From: Pelagibacteraceae bacterium
GTDB lineage: Bacteria > Pseudomonadota > Alphaproteobacteria > Methylaequorales > Methylaequoraceae
Assembly (NCBI GenBank): GCA_042090305.1
Contig: JBELJQ010000005.1
Span: forward strand, 527-64,526
Direction: 5' to 3'
DNA: 64,000 nt
The notes under the pieces are model-generated. The model was given only the letters and a program-made list of their open reading frames with translations, did not search any database and was not told where the DNA came from. The position numbers and the translations under genes were made by a program. Each line of letters starts with the position of its first letter. Position 1 is the stretch's first letter. This document shows, one piece after another, positions 29,052-39,339 of this stretch.

Positions 29052-29576
29052 ATGAAATTTTTTTTTTTAACAGTTTCACTTTTTCTGTTTTCTTGTTCAA
29101 CTGATATGAATATTCAAAGTTTTAAAAATAATAAGCCAGAATTGATTTTAGAGGATTATTTTAACGGAAAAACAAGAGCATGGGGCCTGTTTCATGATCG
29201 ATTCGGTAATCTTAAGCGTTCTTTTGAAGTAGATATCAATGGCGTGTTAGATGGTAATACACTTACTCTTGATGAGAAATTTACATATAATGATGGAGAA
29301 AAAGAATCTAGATTATGGACAATTAAAATTCTTGAAAATAATAAGTATTCTGGAACTGCAGATGATGTAGTAGGTGAAGCTATTGGAGAGTCGTCGGGAA
29401 ATGCACTTCATTGGAAATACAAACTTAACTTGAAAGTAAAAAACTCAGTAATACAAGTTGATTTCGATGATTGGATGTTTCTTCAGGAAGAAGATATCTT
29501 GATTAATAGAGCTGAAGTTAAAAAGTGGGGATTAAATCTTGGAGTTGTAACAATAACTTTTGTCAAATCTCGTTAA
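29052..29576 (+). CDS. DUF3833 lipoprotein (RSP1088-like)
   Basis: Lipobox LFSC; LEDYFNG, LTLDEKF, ADDVVG, FDDWMF, KWG. Confidence 0.88.
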   Translation: MKFFFLTVSLFLFSCSTDMNIQSFKNNKPELILEDYFNGKTRAWGLFHDRFGNLKRSFEVDINGVLDGNTLTLDEKFTYNDGEKESRLWTIKILENNKYSGTADDVVGEAIGESSGNALHWKYKLNLKVKNSVIQVDFDDWMFLQEEDILINRAEVKKWGLNLGVVTITFVKSR

Positions 29577-29983
29577 TTTTTTTTATGAATTAATCTAAAT
29601 ATTCTTCCTATAAAAGGAAGTTTACAGTAAAAATTATACCCTGTGTCCCAAAAATCAATGTGACGAATGATCTTTCCTTTATTAACAATTATTTCACTCA
29701 TTCCATCAAATTCATGAGAGATTCCCCGGTAATAGAACTTAAAATGCCACTTTATAATAGATTTATTTTTTTTATAAAATATTTCATCAATTATGAATTT
29801 AGGTTTATCAAGAACATCAAACATCTTTTTGAATAACTTTTCTAATTTTTCTTTCCCTTCTATTCTATTAAAAGGGTCTTCAAACTCTATACTATCTGAT
29901 ACATAACTGATAAGTGTTGAAATATTATTTTTAGTAAGTTTTTGATAGGACTTTGCATATTGTTCAACTACTTTTTTTATCAT
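29573..29983 (-). CDS. NTF2/SnoaL-like protein
   Basis: FEDPFN, GMSEI, HIDFWD motifs. Confidence 0.85.
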   Translation of the reverse strand: MIKKVVEQYAKSYQKLTKNNISTLISYVSDSIEFEDPFNRIEGKEKLEKLFKKMFDVLDKPKFIIDEIFYKKNKSIIKWHFKFYYRGISHEFDGMSEIIVNKGKIIRHIDFWDTGYNFYCKLPFIGRIFRLIHKKN

Positions 29984-30729
29984 GGTAATCTTACAAACTT
30001 ATTAATTACGTTAAAATATATACCATACGGAAGCATTCGTAGAAATTTCATCATCAGAACAAGTCTTTTTGGGAAATAAATTTCAAAATTATTAGATTCA
30101 AGGTTACTCAAAATTCTTTGGGCCGCTTCATCTGATGAAAGTAAGAATGGCATTTTAAACTTATTCTTATCTGTCATCGGTGTTTTTACAAAGCCAGGAT
30201 GAACTACTTGAACTTTAATTTTAAATTTTGCAAGCTCAATTTTTAAGGTTTCTGCCAAAAAGGTAAGCGCAGATTTTGTTACACCATATATTCCAGCACC
30301 TGGAAGCCCGGTGAATCCAGCAGGAGATGATACAAAAACTAAATGCCCCTGCTCTTTCTTTTTCATATATTCCAACACTCCAGATAAACAATTAATAACA
30401 CCCATTAAGTTAATATCTATTACAGACCTGATATTTTTTGGGTTAATATTTTCAATAGGGCCAGGATTGTAAGTGGCTGCATTAAATATAATAACATCAA
30501 GTGCTTTATACTTTCTTATTATGAATTCTGAAATTTTTAGACAATCTTTTTCATTTGACACATCACCAGTCATTGGAATGATGTTTTTATTATTCTTAGA
30601 CGTTTTTTCTAATTTTGATTTGGTTCTACCGCTTATAACAACTGTATTACCAAGTTTGGCAAGTTTTACTGCTAGTTGACCACCAATACCAGACCCACCA
30701 CCTGTGATCCAAAAAACTTTATTGGTCAT
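29980..30729 (-). CDS. Short-chain dehydrogenase/reductase (RSP1087-like)
   Basis: WITGGGSGIG, YGVTKSA (YxxxK), PGFVKTPMTDKNKFKMPF. Confidence 0.92.
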   Translation of the reverse strand: MTNKVFWITGGGSGIGGQLAVKLAKLGNTVVISGRTKSKLEKTSKNNKNIIPMTGDVSNEKDCLKISEFIIRKYKALDVIIFNAATYNPGPIENINPKNIRSVIDINLMGVINCLSGVLEYMKKKEQGHLVFVSSPAGFTGLPGAGIYGVTKSALTFLAETLKIELAKFKIKVQVVHPGFVKTPMTDKNKFKMPFLLSSDEAAQRILSNLESNNFEIYFPKRLVLMMKFLRMLPYGIYFNVINKFVRLP

Positions 30730-31390
30730 GAGTAACATCAAAGTTTTTATCTTTATATTCTATTTCCGTTCCATCCTTTATAAAAATCATTTTTACCCAA
30801 TTTTTACTATCATCATACCAAATGTCTATAATGACGTCCTCTCCAGTTTGTTCTTTTCCCACTAACTTATAATGTTTTGTATTTAGTTTATTATTATAAA
30901 TTTTTTCCTCGCCTAAAAAAGTTATATTAAAATTTATTACGCTACAATCCTGAGTATTTAACGTGGTTTTGTAGTTTGATTCAACTAGTTCCATTCTCCA
31001 ATAGCTTGTTGGCATCATATAACTATTTGTATTTTTTTCTCCGGATGACCCCTTAATTTTATAAGTACCTTCTTGATTATTTAGTGTACAGAATAGAGAA
31101 TCCCCATTCTTATCTGTTTTGCTATTAAGTTTGTTTAGTTCACCATTTTGCCATTTTTCTATGTTTTTATGAAAATAATCATAAACAACGAAACCTAGGA
31201 AAGTTACTTCAAATTTTATCTCTATATCTGCTGTGGTCTCTTTTCCATTAGTGTAAAAGTTAAGCTTATGATAACCAATAAGACCATCGTTTCTATAAAC
31301 ATTGAAATGGATATCTTTGGGTTCAAATGATTGTTTTGAATTTACATTATCGAAAATAATGCTTAACAAAAATAAGTATAGAAGTTTCAC
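30719..31390 (-). CDS. DUF6134-like exported beta-rich protein
   Basis: Signal peptide; FNVYRND..IGYH, YDYFH...E.W, PTSYW, WYD motifs. Confidence 0.7.
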   Translation of the reverse strand: MKLLYLFLLSIIFDNVNSKQSFEPKDIHFNVYRNDGLIGYHKLNFYTNGKETTADIEIKFEVTFLGFVVYDYFHKNIEKWQNGELNKLNSKTDKNGDSLFCTLNNQEGTYKIKGSSGEKNTNSYMMPTSYWRMELVESNYKTTLNTQDCSVINFNITFLGEEKIYNNKLNTKHYKLVGKEQTGEDVIIDIWYDDSKNWVKMIFIKDGTEIEYKDKNFDVTHDQ

Positions 31391-31406
31391 TTTATTATAA
31401 TTACTG

Positions 31407-31438
31407 TATGGCTGGTCAGACTTAAGAGACCAGCCATA
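31407..31438. terminator. 11-bp GC-rich stem-loop between the BI-1 gene and DUF6134
   Basis: TATGGCTGGTC-N10-GACCAGCCATA; no clear U-tract on the minus strand, so it may be a stability element rather than a terminator. Confidence 0.5.
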
Positions 31439-31448
31439 GCAATTTTAT

Positions 31449-32180
31449 TTAACGTCTTTGACCAAAAAGTTGAATTAACATAATGAATAGGTTTATGAAG
31501 TCTAGGTAAAGTGTTAATGCACCCATAATTGCTTTTTTACCTTCATTACCAGTACCATCAAAATACATAGCTTTTATTCTTTGCGTATCGTATGCAGTCA
31601 GACCAGCAAAAACTAAAACACCGATAACTGAAATACCAAATTGAAGAGCTGAACTAGCAACAAAAATATTAACAATAGATGCTATCAATATACCAATCAA
31701 CCCAATAAACAGAAATGAACCCCAACCAGTCAGGTCTTTTTTGGTAGTGTATCCATAAAGACTTAAAGCACCGAACGCACCCGCGGATATGAAAAATACT
31801 CTTGCGATTGATTCACCTGTATATTGAATAAAGATTGACGATAAAGATAATCCCATTACAGCAGCAAATGTCCAGAAAAGCATCTGAACTGTACTTTCTC
31901 TCATTTTGGAAATGCCCATATTAAGAGCAATTATAAAACCAAGCGGGGCAAGCATTATTATAAATGCCAATGGTGAACCGTAAATTACGTTACCAAAAGC
32001 TGTCATTGTGTTTGACTGAAAGTCAAAAGCCATAGTTGAGGTTAAGTGAGCTATAACACCAGTAAGCGCCAGTCCAACAGCCATGAACGAATATACCTTG
32101 TTCATATATGCTTTAAGACCTAAGTCAATTTCAGCTGCAGAACTCCTAGTTTTTACATCTCTTTTGTAGTCGTAAGCCAT
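31449..32180 (-). CDS. Bax inhibitor-1/YccA family membrane protein
   Basis: DLGLKAYMNKVYSFM, YGYTTKKDLT, LTAYDTQRIK, GALTLYLDFINLF; AAGGAG SD before the ATG at 32180. Confidence 0.93.
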   Translation of the reverse strand: MAYDYKRDVKTRSSAAEIDLGLKAYMNKVYSFMAVGLALTGVIAHLTSTMAFDFQSNTMTAFGNVIYGSPLAFIIMLAPLGFIIALNMGISKMRESTVQMLFWTFAAVMGLSLSSIFIQYTGESIARVFFISAGAFGALSLYGYTTKKDLTGWGSFLFIGLIGILIASIVNIFVASSALQFGISVIGVLVFAGLTAYDTQRIKAMYFDGTGNEGKKAIMGALTLYLDFINLFIMLIQLFGQRR

Positions 32181-32280
32181 AGTTTTCTCCTTATTAGTAA
32201 TAATATTTAAATGTATTATACTACTTTTATTCAATAGTTTAAATATGTTACAATTTTTTTAATTCAAGAGGAATTTATAT

Positions 32281-33321
32281 ATGAAATATACAAAGTTAGG
32301 AGATACTGATATTAACGTAAGCTTAATATGCTTAGGAACAATGACATGGGGCGAGCAAAATACAGAAAAAGAGGCCTTTGAACAAATGAATCTTGCTCTT
32401 GAAAATGGAATAAATTTTTTTGATACAGCTGAACTTTATTCAGTGCCGCCCAAAAAAGAAACTTGGGGTTCAACTGAAAAAATTATTGGAAATTGGTTTA
32501 AGGAAAAGAAAAATAGAAATGAAGTAATTTTAGCCACTAAAGTGACAGGAAGATCTGGAATGAAATGGTTCAGAAATAAAGAAACAAGACTCAATAAAGA
32601 GCAAATTACAGAGGCATTAAATGGAAGTCTAAAAAGACTTAAAACAGATTATGTTGATCTTTACCAATTACACTGGCCTGATAGAAAATCCAACTTTTTC
32701 GGTAAACTTGGTTATAATCACGAGCAGGAGGATGATTATATAGATATCAAGACCCAACTTGAAGCTTTAGAGACCTTAGTAAAAAGTGGCAAGGTTAGGT
32801 ATATTGGATTATCTAATGAAACTCCTTGGGGACTAATGAAATTTCAGTCAGTCGCGAAAATGTATAATCTGCCAAGAATTATGTCTGTTCAAAACCCCTA
32901 TTCACTTTTAAATAGAAGCTATGAAGTAGGAATGGCTGAAATTTCGATTAGAGAAAAATGTGGATTACTTGCCTACTCTCCACTTGCCTTTGGAATGCTT
33001 ACAGGAAAATATGATTATGGACAAAAACCAGATGGAGCGAGGCTAACTTTGTTTGGACAAATGTTCACTCGCTATACTAAAGATAATGGACTAAAGTATT
33101 CAGAAAAATTCAATGAACTAGCTCGCTCAAACGACTTGTCACCAACTCAAATGGCACTAGCCTTTGTCAATTCTAGACCCTTTGTAACAAGTAATATAAT
33201 CGGCGCTACTACCACTGAACAATTAATGGAAAATATTAATGCAGTCAATATAGAACTTGATGAAATGTTGTTAGATGAAATAAATAAAATTCACGAAGAA
33301 TGTCCTTACCCTTGCCCTTAA
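32281..33321 (+). CDS. tas: NADP(H)-dependent aldo-keto reductase, Tas family
   Basis: LGTMTWGEQN, DTAELY, DLYQLHWPDR, GLSNETPWG, QNPYSLLNR, YSPLAFG. Confidence 0.92.
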   Translation: MKYTKLGDTDINVSLICLGTMTWGEQNTEKEAFEQMNLALENGINFFDTAELYSVPPKKETWGSTEKIIGNWFKEKKNRNEVILATKVTGRSGMKWFRNKETRLNKEQITEALNGSLKRLKTDYVDLYQLHWPDRKSNFFGKLGYNHEQEDDYIDIKTQLEALETLVKSGKVRYIGLSNETPWGLMKFQSVAKMYNLPRIMSVQNPYSLLNRSYEVGMAEISIREKCGLLAYSPLAFGMLTGKYDYGQKPDGARLTLFGQMFTRYTKDNGLKYSEKFNELARSNDLSPTQMALAFVNSRPFVTSNIIGATTTEQLMENINAVNIELDEMLLDEINKIHEECPYPCP

Positions 33322-34166
33322 GTATTTTTTCTCTTAACACTAAAAGTTGTTAAAGTGATGAGAATGATTCCAATAAAATTTTGTAGACTTATTGTTTCAT
33401 TTAAAAAGAAAAACCCCAAGCCCGTAGAAAATATTATTCTTGAATAGCTTAGTATTATAACTTCATTAGTTGGGCTCGATTTAAATGATTCTGTATTAAA
33501 ATATTGACCTGCTAATGCAGTAAGCGTTATCAAAAGAAAATTAAAATGATCCAAGAACAATGATAAATCAATTTTTTCTTTGAAGAGTAAATAAAAAATT
33601 ATGGTTGAGAAAAAAGAATGGTTAAGGAGAATATTTTTTGTGTCTTCTTTTTTACTAAGATATGAAATTGACAAAATACCTCCGGAAACGCATAGTGCAG
33701 AAAAAAGTGACATATAAATTCCTATATTATTATCTATAGCTTTAGGATTAGAAATAAGAAAGATGCCAGAAAAACCAACAAAAATATAAACTATATTTAT
33801 AGGTTTGACATTTTCCCTAAAAAATATTAATGCTAAAATCGTTGTGAAGAAAATCTTTGTATAGCCTATAGTACTGGCTTGTGCGAGAGTAAGGTGGTTG
33901 AGTGAATTATAACCAAAATACATTGCTAAAACGCCAAAGATAGCTCTTAAAAAATGAATATTAATATTATCAAAATTATAATTTTTGAAAGAAAAGGTTT
34001 TTCTACTGATAAAAAATATAATAATTAAGAAAATAACTCCCCACAGGGATCTAAAAAAGACGATATTTTCTATACTACTACTTTCTAATTCCAATTTAAT
34101 TTGAAAACCTAGTAATGAAAAAAAACAACAACTTATGATCTGATAATAGGGTTTAAAACTTTTCAT
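33318..34166 (-). CDS. DMT/EamA transporter
   Basis: About 10 TMs; FFRS, LRAIFG, FFRENV, FLNETI. Confidence 0.85.
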   Translation of the reverse strand: MKSFKPYYQIISCCFFSLLGFQIKLELESSSIENIVFFRSLWGVIFLIIIFFISRKTFSFKNYNFDNINIHFLRAIFGVLAMYFGYNSLNHLTLAQASTIGYTKIFFTTILALIFFRENVKPINIVYIFVGFSGIFLISNPKAIDNNIGIYMSLFSALCVSGGILSISYLSKKEDTKNILLNHSFFSTIIFYLLFKEKIDLSLFLDHFNFLLITLTALAGQYFNTESFKSSPTNEVIILSYSRIIFSTGLGFFFLNETISLQNFIGIILITLTTFSVKRKNT

Positions 34167-35010
34167 CGCTCCTTATTTGTTTTATTAAAATATTATTTAA
34201 TATTAATAATCCGATTGAGCTTATTATCACAATATAATCAAGTTTTTCATCGAAAAAAAACAATCCAAGTAAAGTTGCAAATATTAATTTTGAGAATTCA
34301 AATGGCATTAAATTAGTGAGTTGTTCCATGCTCAATGCTTTAGTCCATAAATAATTACCAATAGTAGCAAAAATTGCTATTAGTAATAAATATAAAATAA
34401 CAGTTAGGTTATTTGGATGCACCCATACATATAACGATGGTATTAAAGATATTGGTGTCATTATACAAACCATACTTAACATTAAAGTTAAAACGGACTC
34501 TGTCTTTGATATTTTTTTAACAAGTAGTCCAGCAATAGCATGCATTATAGAAGCTAATAAAGCTATTAAAGCACCTAATTTCAGTTCTAAATCAGGCCTA
34601 ATGAGTACTACAGTCAAAATGAAACCAAGAATAAGTACAGTATTATTTGTTTGAGCAACTCTCTCCTTAAAAAAAAGGATTGCACCAAAATACATAAAAA
34701 GAGGTGTTGTAAAGCTAATCGCCATAGCTTGTGATAAAGGAATTAGGGTGTAAGACCAGAATAAAAGAATCATAGTAATACCACCAAATAAACCTCTTAA
34801 AATAAGAAGTTTAATATTCTGTTTATTTTTGACTAAAACTTTTTGTCGCAAAACAAAGGGTAATATAAACAACAAACTTATAATATTTCTAAAAAAAGCT
34901 TGTTCAAAGGGATGTACTTGATTGGATAAAAACTTAATCAATGCTGCAAGGATTGAAAAAGATAGACAAGATAGTATTATTAGAAAAACGGCATACATTT
35001 TATAATTCAA
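34153..35010 (-). CDS. DMT/EamA transporter
   Basis: AFFRN, LRGLFG, FTTPLF, FFKERV, LIRP, FFDE. Confidence 0.88.
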   Translation of the reverse strand: MNYKMYAVFLIILSCLSFSILAALIKFLSNQVHPFEQAFFRNIISLLFILPFVLRQKVLVKNKQNIKLLILRGLFGGITMILLFWSYTLIPLSQAMAISFTTPLFMYFGAILFFKERVAQTNNTVLILGFILTVVLIRPDLELKLGALIALLASIMHAIAGLLVKKISKTESVLTLMLSMVCIMTPISLIPSLYVWVHPNNLTVILYLLLIAIFATIGNYLWTKALSMEQLTNLMPFEFSKLIFATLLGLFFFDEKLDYIVIISSIGLLILNNILIKQIRSDEKF

Positions 35011-35054
35011 CTATAGTTTCTTGCAATTTAGTTTTAATTATGTCAATAAAAATA

Positions 35055-35561
35055 ATGTTTAATTTTTCTTATCTAACAATTTTAATCACAAGTTTATTAT
35101 TATTCGCAGGGTTGATTGAGTCTAAGGAAATTTCAAAATTTAAGGATTGGTCTTCTTATGCAGAAGGTGAAGGAAAAAATCTTGCATGCATGGCAGTATC
35201 TAAACCAAAAAAGTCAGAGGGTAACTATAAAAGAAGAGGTGATGTTTTTGCTATTATTACTCACTTACCGGGACAAGATAAATTCAATGAGTTCAGTATA
35301 GTTGCTGGTTATAACTTTAAAACAGATAGTAATCCAGAGGCTACAATAGGCGATATGAAGTTTCAATTATTTACATCTGGATCCCGCGCATGGAGTTTTA
35401 GTCCATCAGACGATGAAAAAATTATAAAATATCTTAAATCTTCTATGAAAATGAAGATTGTAGGAACCTCCTCAAGAGGAACAATTACAACAGATACATA
35501 TTCATTAATGGGTTTTAGTAAAGCTTACCAGGCAATAAATGAAGCTTGCAATAAAAAATAA
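35055..35561 (+). CDS. Invasion-associated locus B (IalB)-like periplasmic protein
   Basis: Signal peptide; FKDWSSY, CMAVSKP, GTSSRGTITTDTYSLMGFSKAY, C-terminal Cys. Start moved from 34941. Confidence 0.82.
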   Translation: MFNFSYLTILITSLLLFAGLIESKEISKFKDWSSYAEGEGKNLACMAVSKPKKSEGNYKRRGDVFAIITHLPGQDKFNEFSIVAGYNFKTDSNPEATIGDMKFQLFTSGSRAWSFSPSDDEKIIKYLKSSMKMKIVGTSSRGTITTDTYSLMGFSKAYQAINEACNKK

Positions 35562-35570
35562 TTTAATAAA

Positions 35571-36767
35571 ATGAAAAAAAAAATTGTTTTAGCTTTTTCA
35601 GGTGGTTTAGATACATCAATCATTCTCAAATGGCTCCAAAATGAATACGATGCAGACGTTGTAACTTTTACTGCTGATATTGGTCAAGGAGTAGAAGTTT
35701 CTCAAGCTATCGAAAAAGCAAAGACACTTGGGGTGAAAGAAATCTTTGTTGAAGATCTTCGAGAAGAATTTGTCAATGATTACGTTTTTCCAATATTTAG
35801 GGCAAATACAGTTTATGAGGGATATTATTTGTTAGGAACATCCATAGCTAGACCTTTGATAGCTAAAAAACAAATCGAAATAGCAAGAAACGTTAAAGCT
35901 AAATATGTTTCACATGGTGCTACTGGTAAAGGTAATGATCAAGTAAGATTTGAGCTAGGTTATTATGCAAATAATCCTGCTATAAATGTAATAGCTCCTT
36001 GGAGAGAATGGGATTTGAAGTCTAGAGATCAACTTTTAAACTATGCAATGAAAAATCAAATAGAAATTCCGAAAGATAAATTAAATGAAGCTCCATACTC
36101 AATGGATGCTAACTTGTTGCATACCTCGTATGAAGGAAAAGTGCTCGAGGATCCTTGGTCTGCTCCTGATCAAGATATGTTTCTGAGAACTGTTAGTCCA
36201 AAAAATGCTCCCGACAGAATCACGGAAATCATTTTAGGCTTTAAAGAAGGGGATCCAGTATCTATCAATAAAAAGAATTACTCACCTGCAAATTTGTTGA
36301 CTGAATTAAATAGAGTGGGCGGAGAAAATGGAGTAGGAAGGTTAGATATAGTTGAGAATAGGTATCTAGGAATGAAGTCACGTGGTGTTTACGAAACTCC
36401 TGGAGGTGAAATAATACTTAAAGCACGAAGGGCAATTGAAAGTATAACGTTAGATGGAGAGTCATCTCATTTAAAAGATGAAATTATGCCAAAGTATGCA
36501 AAGTTAGTTTACAACGGATATTGGTTCTCCCCTGAAAGAGAAATGCTCCAGGCTCTTATTGATGAAAGTCAGAAAAGAGTCAATGGATCTGTAAAATTGG
36601 AAATTTATAAAGGTAATGTTGTCGTAGTTGGAAGAAAATCTGATGACTCGCTTTACTCAAAGGATATAGCAACATTCGAGGAAGATGATGTTTTTGACCA
36701 AAAAGATGCAGAAGGCTTTATAAAACTAAATGCTTTAAGATTAAAGATCCTTAAGAATAGAGGATAG
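35571..36767 (+). CDS. argG: Argininosuccinate synthase
   Basis: [50 protein letters not shown]. Confidence 0.98.
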   Translation: MKKKIVLAFSGGLDTSIILKWLQNEYDADVVTFTADIGQGVEVSQAIEKAKTLGVKEIFVEDLREEFVNDYVFPIFRANTVYEGYYLLGTSIARPLIAKKQIEIARNVKAKYVSHGATGKGNDQVRFELGYYANNPAINVIAPWREWDLKSRDQLLNYAMKNQIEIPKDKLNEAPYSMDANLLHTSYEGKVLEDPWSAPDQDMFLRTVSPKNAPDRITEIILGFKEGDPVSINKKNYSPANLLTELNRVGGENGVGRLDIVENRYLGMKSRGVYETPGGEIILKARRAIESITLDGESSHLKDEIMPKYAKLVYNGYWFSPEREMLQALIDESQKRVNGSVKLEIYKGNVVVVGRKSDDSLYSKDIATFEEDDVFDQKDAEGFIKLNALRLKILKNRG

Positions 36768-37646
36768 GTCGGGTAGTTCCATATCGAATTGTCTATAAGA
36801 TGTAAGAAGAGTATTTAGCAGCAAGCAAGCTATTGTCATCGGACCCACACCTCCTGGCACGGGCGTTATCTTTGATGAGTTTTCTAGACACTTGTTATAA
36901 TCTACATCACCAACAAGTAATTTTTTACCATCCCTTTCTATTCGATTAATGCCAACATCGATCACAATGGCACCTTTTTTTATCCAACTTCCTTTAACCA
37001 TTTCTGGAATCCCTACAGCCGCCACAACAATGTCTGCTTGTTTAACCATTGACTGCAAGTCATTTGTTCTTGAGTGACAAACCGAAACTGTTGCATTCAT
37101 TCCAAGGAGTAATGCAGCCATAGGCTTCCCAACAATATTTGATCTTCCAATAATCACAGCATGTTTTCCTGATAAATCTGGTTCAAGCATTTTCAACATT
37201 ATACTACAACCAAGAGGTGTACATGGTACAAGTGCATCCATTCCAGACCAAAGTTTCCCAACATTCACAGCATGGAATCCATCTACATCTTTTTTGGGAA
37301 GAATGGTATCCAAAACTTTATCTGCATTTATATGTTGGGGAAGGGGCAGTTGTACTAGTATGCCTTGTATTGAATCATCATTATTTAGTTTATTGACTAT
37401 TTTTAGTAATTCTTCCTCAGAGACATCTTCATTAAGTTTATGTTCAACGGAATTAAATCCTACTTCTTTGGTTTTTTCTGTTTTATTTTTGACATATACT
37501 TTACTTGCAGGATTTTCTCCAACTAAAACAACAGCTAATCCAGGAGTTTTTCCTGAACTTTTAATAAGTTGACTTCCAAAATTTTTTATTCTATCACGAA
37601 TCTTGCTAGATACGAGCTTACCATCAATTACTTTATCATCAGACAT
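36741..37646 (-). CDS. folD: Methylene-THF dehydrogenase/cyclohydrolase
   Basis: [49 protein letters not shown]. Confidence 0.98.
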   Translation of the reverse strand: MSDDKVIDGKLVSSKIRDRIKNFGSQLIKSSGKTPGLAVVLVGENPASKVYVKNKTEKTKEVGFNSVEHKLNEDVSEEELLKIVNKLNNDDSIQGILVQLPLPQHINADKVLDTILPKKDVDGFHAVNVGKLWSGMDALVPCTPLGCSIMLKMLEPDLSGKHAVIIGRSNIVGKPMAALLLGMNATVSVCHSRTNDLQSMVKQADIVVAAVGIPEMVKGSWIKKGAIVIDVGINRIERDGKKLLVGDVDYNKCLENSSKITPVPGGVGPMTIACLLLNTLLTSYRQFDMELPDLSSILKDL

Positions 37647-37654
37647 ATTTTCTC

Positions 37655-37945
37655 CTACATAAAACCATATTTAGTAATAATAAACTGCAAACCTTCTATC
37701 AATATTATCAATACAACTGGAGCGATATCAATTGAACCAAAATTTGGAGTAAATTTTCTTATAACGCTAAGAACGGGTTCGATCAATCTAAATAAAAAAT
37801 TCATAATTATTGATATAAATTGACTGTTAGTATTGATAATATTAAAGGAAATTAGCATGCTTATTATAACATAAATGATTATTGCATATTTATAAAAATT
37901 TAAGAGTTGAAAAGATATATATAAAAGAAAATCAAAAAAAATCAT
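37655..37945 (-). CDS. yggT: YggT family membrane protein
   Basis: ISMLISFNIIN, LIEPVL, IDIAPVV; conserved position before folD. Confidence 0.9.
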   Translation of the reverse strand: MIFFDFLLYISFQLLNFYKYAIIIYVIISMLISFNIINTNSQFISIIMNFLFRLIEPVLSVIRKFTPNFGSIDIAPVVLIILIEGLQFIITKYGFM

Positions 37946-37962
37946 GATAAAAATTTTATATT

Positions 37963-39339
37963 ATGAAAATGGATAACTATCAAATGAATTTTGAACTAAG
38001 CCGCGCAATAGATTTTCAAAAGAACTTGGATACAGAATTGATGCTAAAAATTGTGGGCGAACTCTTTGATAAGAAAAACCTACTAAACCAAAACTTTTAT
38101 AAACATGCAAATTTTATTATAACTGAGCTGTTTTTTTGTTGGCTTGAGTCAGAAAATCAATTTTTGTCTGTTTCAATGTCAAAAAGAGGATATAGATCCA
38201 AATCAAGGTATAATCCCAGTGAACTATCATCATATAGTATAAAACTGATAAAGTATTTGAAAGATGCAAACTTAATTGACTTTCAAAAAGGTTTTTATGA
38301 TACAAGAACTAAGAGAGGTAGATTATCAAGAATAAGAGCTAATAGCTCTGTCATTAATTATTTTAGAAAGATTAAACTAAAAAATTTATCTAAAATTGAT
38401 CATAAAAAAAGAGAATATGTATATTTCTTTAAAGATAAAAATTACTCAGAATATAGAGATAACTTTAGAACTCACGAATTAAGAGAAATACTTAAAGTTT
38501 ATAATAAAATAATCAAAAAGAATTTTTTCGATATTCCCTGTCACCATGAAAATCAGATAACTAGATACGATAATAAAGAAATAAATTTATCAATTTTGAA
38601 CTCAACGTTAAACTGCTGCTTCTACGACAAACTTGATGAACCTTACATACTAAACGGTTGTTGGTGGAATAAACTTCACGAGTCAAATATTATGAAATAC
38701 AAAAGGAATTTCATTATAAATAATTCTGATACTGGTTATATTGATTTGTTAGAATTTTTTCCCATTTTCTTACTTAAATTTTTTGAAACAAAAATTGACC
38801 TTACTAGTTCATACTCCGACAACTTTAGTTATAATGAAAAATGTAATTTAATTCTTAAATTATTAAGATCCAAGAATCATGAATTTTTTAAAACTTCTAT
38901 CTTGAGAGAAAAAAAGAGATATGGTCTTGGTGATTTTAATAATGAGAATTTAAGAAAAATGTTAAATTTATTTATAGAACAACATGGTCATTTAAGTATA
39001 TATTTAAAAGATAAAAATATTAATTGGGATTCCTTTTGTTCAGAAATTTTTATTGAATTATTAAAAACAAATTTAAATTTCGATAATCCAATTTACTTAT
39101 TAAAAGATAAAATATATTTTTCTGTTAGCCACCAAAAAAGCTTAATTTCAAATTTAGTTAAAATATTAGAAAAAAAGTTTAAGGTTAGGGAAATTTCAAT
39201 TAAGATAGAATTATGTAAGGAATTAAAATCTAATAAAAGTAAATTCTTGAATAGCTTTTTGCGTGTCAAAGAAAATATTGCAGGAAGATATATTAAAAAT
39301 TTAAAAAATTTTGAGAGAAATATTAAAAATGGAAGTTAA
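37963..39339 (+). CDS. Hypothetical protein resembling a degenerate Pol-A/T7-RNAP-like (TV-Pol-type) polymerase with a basic N-terminal region
   Basis: Recalled family pattern: SRYNP, SRI, EYRD...L..YN, G-x-WW, motif-A-like TGYID261, motif-C-like PIYLLKD382KIYF. By-eye match only; start may be 37969 or 37984. Confidence 0.5.
   Translation: MKMDNYQMNFELSRAIDFQKNLDTELMLKIVGELFDKKNLLNQNFYKHANFIITELFFCWLESENQFLSVSMSKRGYRSKSRYNPSELSSYSIKLIKYLKDANLIDFQKGFYDTRTKRGRLSRIRANSSVINYFRKIKLKNLSKIDHKKREYVYFFKDKNYSEYRDNFRTHELREILKVYNKIIKKNFFDIPCHHENQITRYDNKEINLSILNSTLNCCFYDKLDEPYILNGCWWNKLHESNIMKYKRNFIINNSDTGYIDLLEFFPIFLLKFFETKIDLTSSYSDNFSYNEKCNLILKLLRSKNHEFFKTSILREKKRYGLGDFNNENLRKMLNLFIEQHGHLSIYLKDKNINWDSFCSEIFIELLKTNLNFDNPIYLLKDKIYFSVSHQKSLISNLVKILEKKFKVREISIKIELCKELKSNKSKFLNSFLRVKENIAGRYIKNLKNFERNIKNGS

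Noticed and set aside
34941-35054. Long N-terminal extensions given by the ORF track (IalB 34941; also LAB_N 20753, ccmI 44021, ccmA 49437, BI-1 32234, gpsA 14802)
   Set aside because: They overlap neighbouring genes; downstream ATGs with ATGA/TGATG coupling or an SD give family-typical N-termini.
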